Below the pieces are notes generated by a model. It did no database searches. It was given only the letters and a program-made list of their open reading frames with translations, and had not been told where the DNA came from. Source: Eledone cirrhosa (lineage: Eukaryota). Taken from it: DNA of 64,000 bases. The translations under genes and the position numbers were made by a program. The DNA lies in the NCBI GenBank assembly GCA_964016885.1, contig OZ024746.1, positions 44,330,001-44,394,000 on the forward strand, read 5' to 3'. Every line of letters starts with the position of its first letter. The first letter of the stretch is position 1. Shown here piece after piece: positions 12,332 through 24,891 of this stretch.

Positions 12332-15300
12332 ATGGCCATATTAAGAGTAGGAAGTTTAAATGTTCGCGGCCTGGGGTCACCCTGGAAGCAGGGTCGCCTG
12401 CTCAACGACCTCCGGTCGCTGGAAATGGATGTGATTGCCGTAAGCGAGACCAGAATTTCCGATATGCGCGCACTAGCCCCCATTTTCGACGACTATCAGA
12501 TCTTCGCATCTGTTAGCAGGCCAGGAATGGGGGGTGGGGTGGCAGTGCTGTTTAGGAAAACTGGATCTCGAAGTAAGGTCGATCTTCCGGGACCCGGACG
12601 GTAAGTTGGTGGTCTTGGATGTGAGCAGTAGCGAAGGTGGTGCCTTTAGACTGCTGGCCGTCTACGCCCCTACAGGGGCCGGACGACCTGACTTCTTTAG
12701 GCGCCTGGAGACCTTTCTGGGTACGTCTCGCCCTTTACTGTTAGCGGGGGACTGGAATGGCATCTTAGACGCACGCTGGGATTGTGTGGGAGTAGCCGAT
12801 AGGAGCGGGGGGTGCAAAAGCCTCAAGCACCTACTCAGCCAGTTCCAACTGTCTGACAGGTATCGACTAGATTTCCCCAATGTGCCAGTATGGACATGGA
12901 CCAACCGAATGGGGTCATCTAGATCGTATATAGACAGAATCTTCATTAGGAAAATAGATAGAAATAGTGTGGGCTGTCCACTTTTTAAAACGGTCGCCTA
13001 TTCAGATCACAAATTAGTGATCTGTACGGTCGACCTAAATAAAACGCATAGGTTAGGACCGGGTTACTGGAAGCTGAACATGTCATTTCCGGCACGTAAG
13101 GCTTACAGGGACCGAGTCAACAAGTTAGTTAAGCAAAAGTTGACAGGGGGGATCATCAACAACAGATGGTGGGGGTCTCTCAAAAGAGAGATTAGAGTAA
13201 CTTCGATAGAGTTCAGCAAAGAACTAGCGTTAGAGAAAAATAGAAAGGAGGGGGAGCTGGTAGATAAGTTAGACGATACTATTTGTAGTGGCATCGCAAC
13301 TGACGTTCTAGCGGCGAGAATGGCATTAGACCATTTCTTCAATGCCAAACACGAAGGTTGCATTGTCAGAGCTAAGGCGCGTGCGCTGAGATACGAGGGA
13401 ACTAAAGCTGTTCGATGGGCCCGCGTGGCGGAGGCGCAGCGTGGTAATAAAACCACAACTCGGTCTTTGGCGGACCGAGACGGACACGAGATAAGCGATT
13501 CCAAGCGGATGTGTGAGGCCTTTCGCCAGCACTTTGCTCGGTTGTTCAGGGAGAGTGGCGAGTCAGAGAGAGTAGCGGATTTCAGTCCCTACCTTGACGG
13601 CTTGCCGCGCATCTCGACGGTCGACGCTGAGCGCTGCGAAAGGCCGATTACTTCAGCCGAAATTCAGGACGCCCTTGTCGGCTGCATGAGGCGCAAGTCA
13701 CCCGGTTTGGATGGCCTGTCCTACGAGCTTTACGTAAATATGCCAGACTTGTTCTCCGAACTCCTCGAAGCACTCTACTGTAACTGGCAGCAGAATGGGA
13801 GTATTCCCAGTTCTGTGAGCATGGGCGTGGTGACGCTGATAAGGAAAGACGAGAACAAGAGGGATACATTAGACAACTTCAGGCCCATAACTCTGCTCAA
13901 CACAGAGTTTAAGATTTTGGCCAAGGTGTTAGCAAAGAGATTGGCGCTTGTCGTCGAGGATTTGGTTGGGGAGGCGCAAACTTGCGCAATCCCAGCCAGG
14001 TCCATACACGACAATCTCCACCTCATGCGATACATCATAGAGAGGGTAGGGTGTAAACCTGGCTTCGGTGGGGCATTGATCAATTTAGATCAATCGAAAG
14101 CATTCGATAGGGTCGACCATCGGTATCTGGAGTTTGTCCTCAAAGCAGCTGGCTTCGGCCCTGTCTTTAGAAGCTGGATCGTTGCAATGCACAGCGGCAC
14201 ACGCTCGGTGGTCAAGGTTAATGGCCACCTCTCGGAACCAATTCGGCTCTCCAGATCGGTCCGTCAAGGGTGCCCTCTCTCTTCCCTTCTGTACGTATTG
14301 ACTCTCGAGCCTTTACTGCGGAAGCTGGAGCTGTTGCAGGGCATCCCGCTCGAACCGGGACGTGGAAAGGCGGTGTCGGCTTATGCGGACGACATCACCG
14401 TGATGGTGTCGAACACCATAGAAATCGAGGTGGTCAGCACCTTATTGAAGGAATATGAAAGGTTGACAGGAGCCAAACTTAACCCGGAAAAGTCGGTGGG
14501 CTTGCAGCTCGGAACCTGGAGAGGCAAGCCCATGCCGTCCAACAGCGTCGTGGGGCGCTGGACGCACGGACCAGTAAAGTTGCTCGGGGTTTGGTTCGGA
14601 CCAGACCTCCAGGTGGAAAAGAATTGGGACGAAGTAACGAGCAGAGTAGCCAGTCTCACCCAAAAATGGGCTGGGAGGAAACTATCACTGAAAGGTCGCG
14701 CGGAGGTGGCGAATGCGTACATCGCGTCCGTCATCTACTACCGCCTAACCGTCGTGCCTTGCCCCCGTCCGCGCCTCGTCAAGTTGGAACGGCTCCTCTT
14801 CAAATTCTTGTGAAGAGGACAAGTTCCGTTGGTGAGGCGGTCCATCTGCTGCCAGCACCCTCTACGCGGAGGGCTGGGCATGCCGTGGCTAATGATGCGC
14901 AGACATGCGTTGAGGCTGCGACATCTCCACATATTCTGCCTCAATGGTGAACAGGTGTGGTCGCCGTTTATCAGACGGGCCTTTCCGCACAGCTCATTTC
15001 TTTGACTGAGCTGCAGTCCTGGGTCAAGAAGAGACCGAGACTGGGTGACTGGCACCTGGAATGTTGCCAGGCACTCACTGCCCTCTACCAAGCGGGCAAT
15101 GCGATCAGTGGAACTTCCACTCTCGAGTTCTATAGAGGATTAGTGGTGGGCAAGTGCGATGACGCACTCGGAGAAGCTTTGGGCCTCGACGAAGTCGAAC
15201 TGACCAGTCTGTACCAGAGGACTTTTGAGCCGGGGACGATGGACAATTTCCAGAAATCCCTCGCTTGGCAGTGCTACCGGGGGGCACTGTCGGTTCGGGA

Positions 15301-15755
15301 TAAACTCTACATGCACGGAAGTGCTGTCAGACGGACCTGCCCAAGATGCGCACAGAACGACGAAACCGTTCTGCACGCACTTGTTCAATGTCCGTGCATT
15401 ACTGACTTGTGGAGTTATGTCGAACAGCTACTGTCGCGTGTGGAACGAATCCGGCTATCGGCCGAGTCCATAGTGAAGATCGAGCCGCCACCTTCCTTAG
15501 GTCAGGAAGAGCAGGACATTTTCCTCTGTCTGGTGGCAGTTGCGAAAGAGATTATATTGGCGGACCAGGTTGAAAGGACTAAAGACAGACACTTTTCTCT
15601 TCGGCCAATCCCTCATCAACTTCTTCAAGTTTCACCTGGAAAGGAGGGTGAGGGTGGAGAGAAAAGTGCTGCCCCCCAGTACATTTGCTAAAAGGTGGGT
15701 GAATGTGGCGAGAATGGCTCGTGTGAATGGGCCTACTCTGACCATGCGCCTATAG
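12332..15755 (+). pseudogene. Tx1 ORF2 (APE + RT), disrupted
   Basis: SLNVRGL, GDWN, SDH, KSPGLDG, QGCPLS, YADD, CPRC; frameshifts near 12560, 14975 and 15555, stop at 14811. Confidence 0.92.
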
Positions 15756-16031
15756 GCTGGCTAACTTGAGGAGAGGGGTGCTATCCTGGGTGCCCTAGAA
15801 GCGCAGGGTGGTTCAGGATTGGTGGGGTACCCGAATCACCCCAGGGTCGTCCACCCCCTATCGGGGAATTTATTTTGTTATATTTATGCATAGTTTATTT
15901 TATATTTTTATATTTTCATTGTTAAATTAGTCTTGCCATTGTGCACTTTTACTCGACCTTATTGTAAACCCCCACTGTCCCTGTCTTTGTATTGTCCCCT
16001 ATATGTCGGCCTTTGTGGCTAATAAATGAAA

Positions 16032-16078
<47 letters not shown>

Positions 16079-16084
16079 TCAACT

Positions 16085-16262
16085 CAGTGTGGTGAAATGG
16101 AAGTATCGTAAGAACATCGGTCAATATGCTTTGTGACATATAGTTACGGGGTCGGTAAAAGTATCAGTAACGCACTGGGGTCGATTTAGTCGACTCAGCT
16201 TCCCCCCTCCCCCAAAACATCAAAAAGTGTTGGCCTTGTGCCTAGATCAGAAACCATTATTT
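16085..16262 (+). mobile_element. Degenerate family-A-related SINE
   Basis: GCACTGGGGTCGATTT..GGCCTTGTGCCTAGATCAGAAACCATTATT tail. Confidence 0.6.
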
Positions 16263-18564
16263 CAGTTCTCCATTTTATTATTCTTCCCTTTCTAATATTA
16301 TTTAAACGCTCCTTAATTTCAGTATATAGAATATTCATCGATTTTAGTAATAAATACTGCTTATGAATCCATAGATCTGGTTTTATTATGTGTCAGGACA
16401 TAAAATGTTTTACTTTGTTAATCGAACTATGAAAAATAAGAACCAAGTTAATCTGATGAAGTCAACGGCTAGAGGATCCTTTGGTTTTGCGACTGGATCC
16501 CTGAACTACTTTTAATTATAAGCTACTTATGGAAATACATCAGTAATTTACACTAGAATCACCGGATACAGAGAATCTCACCCCTTATTAGCGGAGAAGA
16601 TCTTAAAAATTAGTACTATAATATATATCCGTCATACTATTTGTGAAAGTAACTATGTAAATGCATACGATATTTTTTTTCAAGATATTTAGCACAGTTA
16701 ATATTATGCGCTTAAAGAATACTAGTGTTACAATGCATTACAACATTCTAGACATTATATATTATCTTTTATTTTTTAGTCAATAAAATAATAAACAAAA
16801 AATACTGGCTATTAAAACATTAGTGTATGCTGAATGATGATATACAGCTTGTCGTAAATATCCTATAGAAATATCGATATATTAAAGGCGAGTGTTTTAA
16901 ACACGTAGTTATTCGATTTAACGACTATTTATTAGCAATGGTCGAAATTTATGACTTAAGAGAGAATCTATTTGCAAAGTAAATTATCTCATATGGAAAT
17001 AATTGAAGTGGGTATTGAATACTGGGAAAATTTCATTTTGCTTGCTTAGCCTACAAGCTTGAATGCTATTAGAAACAGCAATTAGTCCTATTCATTGGTT
17101 AAAACGTTTAATAGTGAATCAAAAATCACAAAAGCCAGGATGTCTAATGTGCTGACATAAATAACTTCTATTTTATTGTATCATAGGCATTTATTTCAAA
17201 GGAATTTGTATGAATTTACAATAGCAGTGTAATAGATTCGAAACAGTAAGAAAATAAAACTTAAATGATTTAGACCAGCATTTTAAACATTTTCTTTTTT
17301 AAAATTTCATCTTTAAATCACAGATGTTGCATTTGACTGAATCTTAGTGCATCATTATTCCTAATTCTGAGAAATCAAGGGTATATTTCGAATTCATACA
17401 CAAGGGTCCTTTTAGTATATAATTTACTGGACTACATGAGTTATACTGCAACACCGAAGTTGAATAATTATTAGTATTGCATCATGTAAGCATCATGCTA
17501 AGAATACTTGGAATCAGATATAAGTTGCAGGTGATTTTAGGTGAACATTTACACTCATCAAAAACATGACTATATGCTCACGATTCATTGCACGTTTTAC
17601 CAGTCTTAGTATTAGAAGTGATATTTTGGTTTTAAGATTTAAAAGTAGTTTTTCATCTGAAGAGGTATTTACTATATACAACGTTATCTTAATTAACGCA
17701 TGCTTTAGAAATTGAAAACATGATTATACTGTAAAGATATTGATAATTAATAAGTTACTAGCTAATGTTACAAATATATCATTTACTCTATAGCTGGAAT
17801 TGCTTATTAGAAATTAGTTTTATTCGACCAAATACTGAATCAAATTAAATAAATAGTGTCCATCGAAGGATTTCCGTAAGTTTCAGCAATGAATGTTCCA
17901 GTGTAAGCGGCTGAGTATTCTACTGACATATGTACCACTAACATAATACTCGGAAAGATTCAGCGTGACATTTAATGTGGATCCTTTTATTATACGAGCT
18001 TCCAAATTTGTTACCGCAAATGTCACTCACATGGCATGGATTGACCCACGGTTATGGTAAATGACTCTTCCCTATGATGCCCTGCAAATCGTTAACCATT
18101 CGACCATGCTGCATTTATGAATATTGCATAGATTTGCAACGCTCTTCGTTAAATTTGGTTATATATGGAAGGTTTTGATAGCGTAATTCTCGAACATTGA
18201 TTATAAACCGTGTAACAGACATTCTTTTTCTCTGTTCCTGGCTTGTAATCACCTTTTTTGTGTTGCTTAGGTCCCAAATAAAAAAAAGTGCTTTTAAACA
18301 GTTAAAAATTTGGGTTTGTAAACATTCTAAGCTATTCACTAGAATTATATATATGCTGGATTTTACGTTGTATGTAAGTTTACTTTGCTTATGTTAAATG
18401 AATTTTTATATATGTTTCAGGTTAAGTTAAAATTATAAAATAAAGAGTAATACCTAAAGAAAATGATAAAAGTGCAATAAAGTATAAAATTGTTAAAAAG
18501 TGGATTAAAAAGATTTATTGATACTGGATTTTCGCACCCTGCATAAAGGGTAAGTTGTGTTTTA

Positions 18565-20141
18565 AGCATTCGTCTCCAGGATGAAGCAGTGGAACTTGGT
18601 CAAGGAGGAAGTGCAGGTGACAAGTCAGAGAAGTCTACGCGTACCTTTCTCAGGCTTTTACACTCTTAGGGATGGCCTCTGCTTCTGCCACGACGTGCCT
18701 GGAATGTTTTACGTTATTGGGGTGTCGTTTGTGCCCAAGGAGTGGCGGCTATTTATAGACAGCTCCACCACAAGTTTGAAGGTGTCCTCCTCCACAATAG
18801 AAACAAGTTCCCGACACTGCCCCTAGCTCATTCAGTCTGCATGAAGGAAGATTACTACACTGTGAAAGTCCTCTTGGAAGCTCTGCAATACAACCAGTAC
18901 AATTGGGAAATCATTGGAGACTTCAAGATGGTGGCTTTCCTGCTTGGACTCCAAGGAGGCTTTATCAAATTCCAATGCTTCCTCTGCCTTTGGGACAGCA
19001 GAGCCACCTCTGACCACTACAAAAGAAAGAACTGGGAGCAGCGAACAGAATTTGCAGTTGGGACCCGGAACATCATATGGGAGCCACTGGTTGATCCCAG
19101 GATTGTGCTCATGCCGCCACTGCACATTAAGTTGGGGTTGATGAAGCAGTTTGTAAAGGCTCTCAACCAAGAATCAGCCGCTTTTAAGTACCTTCTTAAG
19201 TTCTTCCCCAAATTATCTGAGGCCAAAATCAAAGGTGGAATTTTTGTTGGACCTCAGATAAAGAAGGTATTTGAGTCTACCGAGTTCTCCAATAAGCTCA
19301 ATAGGATTGTGAGAACAGCATGGAACTGTTTCAAGGCAGTTGTTAAGGGCTTCCTGGGCAACTACAGAGCTGAAAACTACCAGCAACTGGTGTAGGATCT
19401 GATAAAGGCTTTTGGCGCCATGGGATGCAGGATGTTGCTTAAACTCCATATGCTGGACGCTCACCTGGAAGGATTCAAGGACAATATGGGCGCCTACTCA
19501 GAAGAACAAGGCAAACGATTCCACCAAGATGTGAAAGAGATAGAGCGGAGGTACCAGGGCCACTACAATGAAAAAATGATGGGGGACTATATCTGGGGGC
19601 GGCTAGTGCGGGAATGCGACCTGGACTACAACCGCAAATCCAGGAAATCCAGTCATTTCTCACGTGTATAAGTTGCTTTATAAGTGTTATTTGTTTTTAT
19701 TTGTTTGCTTTTGATAAGCTTGTGTAATAAAATAAATATATACTCTGTTGATTTAATTATATGAACTGATAAATAAAAAATAAAGGTGTTTTTTCTTGAA
19801 AAATATGAAAATTTCGAAATGTCAAACTCCTGACCACAAACCCAAACTTCTGATTAAATAATAGTGTTTTTTGATAATAATTGTTTCTACTTTTTAGGCA
19901 CAAGGCCAGCAATTACCCAGTGCATTACTGGTACTTTATTTTATCGACCCCGTAAGGATGAAAGGCAAAGTCAACCTCGGCGGGATTTGAAATCAGATCG
20001 TAAAGGGACGTAACTATGCTGGAAAGCATGGCGTCCGACCCTCTACCGATACTGCCAATCCACCGTTTTTTGATAATAATGGAATATAACAAACCATGAC
20101 ATGACACTTAGAACCGGGGAACAAAAAATATGTTACACGGT
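18565..20141 (+). mobile_element. Chapaev3-like (CMC superfamily) DNA transposon remnant, 5'-truncated, transposase pseudogene 18570-19671
   Basis: SRMKQWNL, WRLFIDSS, VLLHN, GDFKMVAFLLGLQGG..CFLCLWDSR, PPLHIKLGLMKQFVKAL, IFVGPQI, LKLHML..HL, SEEQG.RFHQD; right end TGTTACACGGT. Family assignment is from recalled motifs. Confidence 0.75.
19882..20064 (-). mobile_element. Family-A SINE inserted in the Chapaev 3' end
   Basis: Full copy flanked by direct repeat GTTTTTTGATAATAAT (19866-19881 and 20065-20080). Confidence 0.9.
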
Positions 20142-21228
20142 ATTATTTAACAAAAATGATTATAATGACGATAGTAAACCTATCCAATAACTGTGATTTA
20201 ACAGCAATATGAAAACGAATATGATGGAAACCTAATCTTATAACAGTGATTTAAGAAAAAATATGAAAACATCGATGGAAAATTGACCCAATAGCAGTCA
20301 TTCAATATGAGAACTTTGAAATATCGGATTTCTGAGTCAAATGTAATTTCTTGCAAGATGTTTGGACAATGATATTTGAAATAATAATTAAATTCATATG
20401 AGCAGGAAAATTATGGGATCCATAACTGACAAGAAAAAAATTAAATCTTAAATGCAAGATATATGTGTTCTATTTTCTTCGGGTAAATAATAATGAATGT
20501 TCTAATTTAATTAGTTTTATATCAATTTATATATTTCAAAAGCAAATGAAAAGATTTTCAACACCTTATTTGCGCTTATATCATCGTATACAGGAGTTTA
20601 CAGAAACAATTCTTTGTCTAATAATAAAATATTTAATGAAGAAAATATTTATTAAATAATTACTAAATTATTCAATTCGATTACAAGGAGGAATAATGGG
20701 AGAAACCTAAGACAGATTTCTTTTAGAAGTTGTTTCAATATTAATTCTAGTATGCATATATAAAGATATATTTATGTGTTCTAATATTAATCAATAAATT
20801 TCATAAGACTTGCATATTTCTAATACAAAATTGGTTGGATACGTTTGCATAAACTCTTTTTCTTAAACGTTATACATTTATTCGATTCCTAAGGAGCTAC
20901 AGCATTCAAAATTACAACGTCACATACACCATGCTTCACATTTACAGGTGGCTTTTTATGAAAATTCAATTTTGAGTGATCTACATAGAATAAAAATCCT
21001 TCACCTCTTTATCGACTCAAACCAATGGTCTCTATACGACCCCTACATACATATATAGCAAATGAGCGAAGGAATAACATGATCGGCTGTACAATAGGGT
21101 TTATTCAAAGTATTAACAATTGTTTTATTAGTCCGGTGTGTCTAAAAATGCTGATCGCAAGAAGTACGTCACTCGATTTTAATTACAGATGATAACCGAC
21201 CAAATCATCAGAATACTGATCTGTGTAC

Positions 21229-21378
21229 ATGATACAGCGCACTGTATCATATATATTATATATAATAGAATTATATATATGATACAGCGCACTGTATCAT
21301 ATATATTATATATAATAGAATTATATATATGATACAGCGCACTTTATCATATATATTATATAATAGAATTATATATAT
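21229..21378. repeat. Three 50-bp tandem units with internal hairpin
   Basis: GATACAGCGC recurs at 21231, 21281 and 21331. Confidence 0.9.
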
Positions 21379-21743
21379 GCAAGAGAAGGAGGGATCGTCT
21401 TGATGAGTACCAGTTCAGTTCAAAATGCATCGACAATTGTCCCCCATGCTTCTGCTGGGCACCGCCAGGTGGCGATAGCTGCCGGTGTCGTTGCATAGCT
21501 ACGGCTATCTAAATGCTTATTTATAAATATACCGTATTTCTTTAGAAATACGAAATTCCAATACATATATATATGTATAGTTGAAAAATGAACAAACAAA
21601 ACATAAGAGGTAATTTCTACACAGTTATATTAAGTTCATATATATATATATATATGTGTGTAATATGTATGTTTCAGGAGGAAACTACAGTTCAAAAAGG
21701 TACTCAATACGTTGGTAGAGTAGAGGCATCTTTATCATTTATT

Positions 21744-21840
21744 GAAATGATATTTACAGGAATAGAACTATTTCATTCGCATGAAACCATCAGATGATTT
21801 CATCCGAATGAAGAAATTCTACTCCTGTAGCAGTCATTTC
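21744..21840. repeat. Head-to-head inverted pair of degenerate HHR-bearing ends (same family as 58836-59270)
   Basis: TACAGGAATAGAACTATTTCATTCG..CATCAG and ATGATTTCATCCGAATGAAG..CTCCTGTAG; upstream AAGGTACTCAATAC is the reverse complement of 59215. Confidence 0.6.
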
Positions 21841-21958
21841 TATACATAATATATATATATATATATATATACATGTCAAGTGACATGCTGGTCTACATCC
21901 TGTAAAAGATAATAAAATGTTATTATAATATATATAAATGTTATTATAATATATATAA

Positions 21959-22143
21959 GGGCGGTGGATTGGCAGTATCGGTAGAGAGTCGGACGCCATG
22001 CTTTGACGCATAGTTACGGCCCTTGCCATTCTGAGTTCAAATCCCGCCGAGGTTAACTTTGCCTTTCATCCTTACGGGCTCGATAAAATAAAGTACCAGT
22101 AATGCACTGGGTAATTGCTGGCCTTGTGCCAAAAGTCGAAACA
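21959..22143 (+). mobile_element. Full-length family-A SINE
   Basis: A/B-box head, core and tail; TSD ATTATAATATATATAA. Confidence 0.9.
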
Positions 22144-23115
22144 ATTATAATATATATAAAGAGTCTGTAACCCAACATACATAAATCTGAACACAAAATC
22201 CCATTCAAATAACACAAGGAGGTATTTCCCCACGATCACCAAAGAGTGGAGGAGGCTTTCATATACAATATCACACGAAATATATCAGTTAAGGTATTAT
22301 TTAAATCGGATAGTGTATGTTGAACATATTTAACAATGATCTGAAAACTGAAGACAATATCGTTTAACTTGTCAGTTCCATTTACTGTTAATGGCGTTCT
22401 ATTATAATTTTCTGTTAATTTCTGTTGTAAAAAGTTTTGGGACTAAATAAAGAAAGAAACCGTAATATACATCTGGATCAAAATTAAGAATTCATTGAAA
22501 TGAAAATAACTACTGCTGCTGATACGCCTTCGATAATTAAATGTTATTCAATAGAACCACTCCATTAACATGTATATTTAGACTACTCATTCCATATGGT
22601 ATGTCGTTATTGTTCGATATCTAATGAAAGTAATTTCGAAAGTATAGTTCTTACTTTGACTTGATAATTTCGTTTGAATTTATTGTTCTTTCAAAATGTT
22701 TCTATCAATGTTATTTAAAAGAAATATGTTTTTTTGAAATAAATTACGATATATCTCTATTTTATTCAGTATTTATTTGGAAAAATGTAGTACATTAAGT
22801 AATATTCAGCAGTATAAGTGTTATTCATGAAACTAAATGGTACATTGGAGCTTTAATATCTTAAGGAAGTCAAACATTTGATACACAAATAAGAAATGAT
22901 CTCATTTTACAGACACCTTTCCCCCAAAGTTTCGCATGAAATATTTGCACGAAAAGGCCAACGGTGAGTTGCAGCACCTGAAATACATATAACATATACT
23001 TTTATTCCTTGTTTGTAACTGTTCCTGCGTATTTAGTTAAATATAATATATTTCCATAACTTTACATGAAACGGAAAGCTATATATATATATATATATAT
23101 ATAGGAACCAGTAAG

Positions 23116-23209
23116 ACCCCGACAGCTGAGCTCAAGCCGTTTCGACGGCTAATTCTGGATTAAATGAAAATTTATCCTGGTATTTAAATAGCCGATCTTC
23201 TCAAGGGGT
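23116..23209 (-). ncRNA. Type I hammerhead ribozyme, U3-A8 core variant
   Basis: ACCCC-UUGAGAA-GA(U)CGGCUA..UAGCCG UC-GAAA-CGGC UUGAGCUCA GCUG-UC-GGGGU. Confidence 0.7.
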
Positions 23210-24825
23210 AATTCCATATATGGTCAAAGTGATTGTCAAAAATCAGTAGTAATTCTGTGGTTGCAAATTAGTAGGGGAGATGGTGGCTAAACCAGCCAGT
23301 AGGAGAAAGAGGGGAGGGGGTGGAGTAGCCCCAATCAAGCGTTTGTAGTGCCAGCTACAGCTGGGCATGAGGTCAAAGAAGATACAAGGGAGGGGGAGGG
23401 GGAGGAAGTCGGAACGGTAGGTAGAACAATGGGGGGTAGAAATATATAGGAAATATATAGAAATATATATAAAATATTATATATATATATAATAAAGCTG
23501 TTGAAACGGCAAGAATTCAGTCGCCGGGCCTCCACACTTTCTAATATAGTCACACTCAACAATCTGCTCCCGTTCTCTTCCTTATACGCAGCAGTGTAAA
23601 TAAAATTAACTAGTGATTTATATTTCAATTAATGTTAAACCTACTATATATATGTTAGCTAAATTTCTTACTCACACAGTTCATCAGGCTAAGTGATCTC
23701 TTAAAATAACTCAACTCTATATAATACACTATCAGGTACTTCAGATAATTTATCGGAGTTCGTACTTTTGCTTGTAGACCACTGAATTATAGACTTTCAC
23801 ATAAGGAGATATGTACGTTAATTGAAGAATCTTACGTATGTACTTAAAGATATATTTCCGAAACAAACGTTTTAACATTTTAATTACTGTGCTGACAAGG
23901 CAACATCACATGCTATACTATCTACGAAGACATCAAAAGCCCTCTAAATTAAAAAAATAAGTAAGCCTGAAATAGTTTATCATATCTTATCTCATTATTC
24001 GCGCTGACACCGTATGTTATACTTCCGTAAAATCTGGCAATCAGCATAGCGCCCGATTGTCAATAATTGCAATGTACAACAGAGTTTTTTCAACTTTTCA
24101 ATATCTAGCCAATTAATATTTCATAATCAAGGTAGAAACAATCATAAACAATTTATGCTTTTACTACATTGATGAGTAACATAACCGGGGTATCCTCATG
24201 AGTATTTCATTCGAAGAAAAGTTATTTTCCTTAATACTTCCAATATATTGAACTATTTCTGAAAGTAAAATCTATAAATAATATAGATCAAGATGGGGAG
24301 GAGCGTATCTAGCTTCAGAGCTATTTTTATAAAAATGCTTTTCAAGATCTTACTAATTAGATTTCTTCAGTAATGCAAACTAATTATTAACAAACTTTAC
24401 CTCATTTAAGACCCGCAAATGTTATTAGATCTACTGATCTCCCTGACATTATAAGATATAAATCTACTTGTTTAAAGTTTGGTATAGATATCATACATAT
24501 ACGTATAGTTTGGTAATTGTGATCTGCTAAGTGTACACCTTATCGAAAGCAATATAACATCGACCTATATCTTGCTATGAGACTATTACTAAATTATGTT
24601 TAGCATTATCCAGAACCTTCTAAGTTTTAGAAATATATTTTCCTCGTCTTTGTTTATATATCAATTCAGAGGTAAATCATTCTTAAATAGAGATGTTTGT
24701 GGTATAATGGAGAATATGTTAATTCAAATTTCCCTTAATTCATAAATCTGTATCATCAAATAAACGAAACTAATACAATCTGATACACACTCACACACAC
24801 ACACACAAACACACACACATATATA

Positions 24826-24891
<66 letters not shown>

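Larger units (their letters stand above)
10114..16078 (+). mobile_element. Tx1 non-LTR retrotransposon, copy B (different subfamily), decayed
   Basis: Same architecture as copy A; 3' end AATAAATGAAATC(ATT)n; flanked by (ATT)n on both sides. Confidence 0.9.

Noticed and set aside
16300-18500. Host gene exons in unique AT-rich stretches (also 22.2-25.7, 47.6-51.9 and 60.5-63.5 kb)
   Set aside because: No recognisable protein motifs; small exons cannot be excluded without RNA-seq
21229-21378. CRISPR-like array
   Set aside because: Spacers are identical, the context is eukaryotic, and there are no cas genes
21395-21560. TTGATGAGTAC..TACGAAA possible HHR with a large insert
   Set aside because: No convincing stems I and III
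21959-22050. tRNA gene
   Set aside because: The A/B boxes belong to a SINE head and there is no complete cloverleaf
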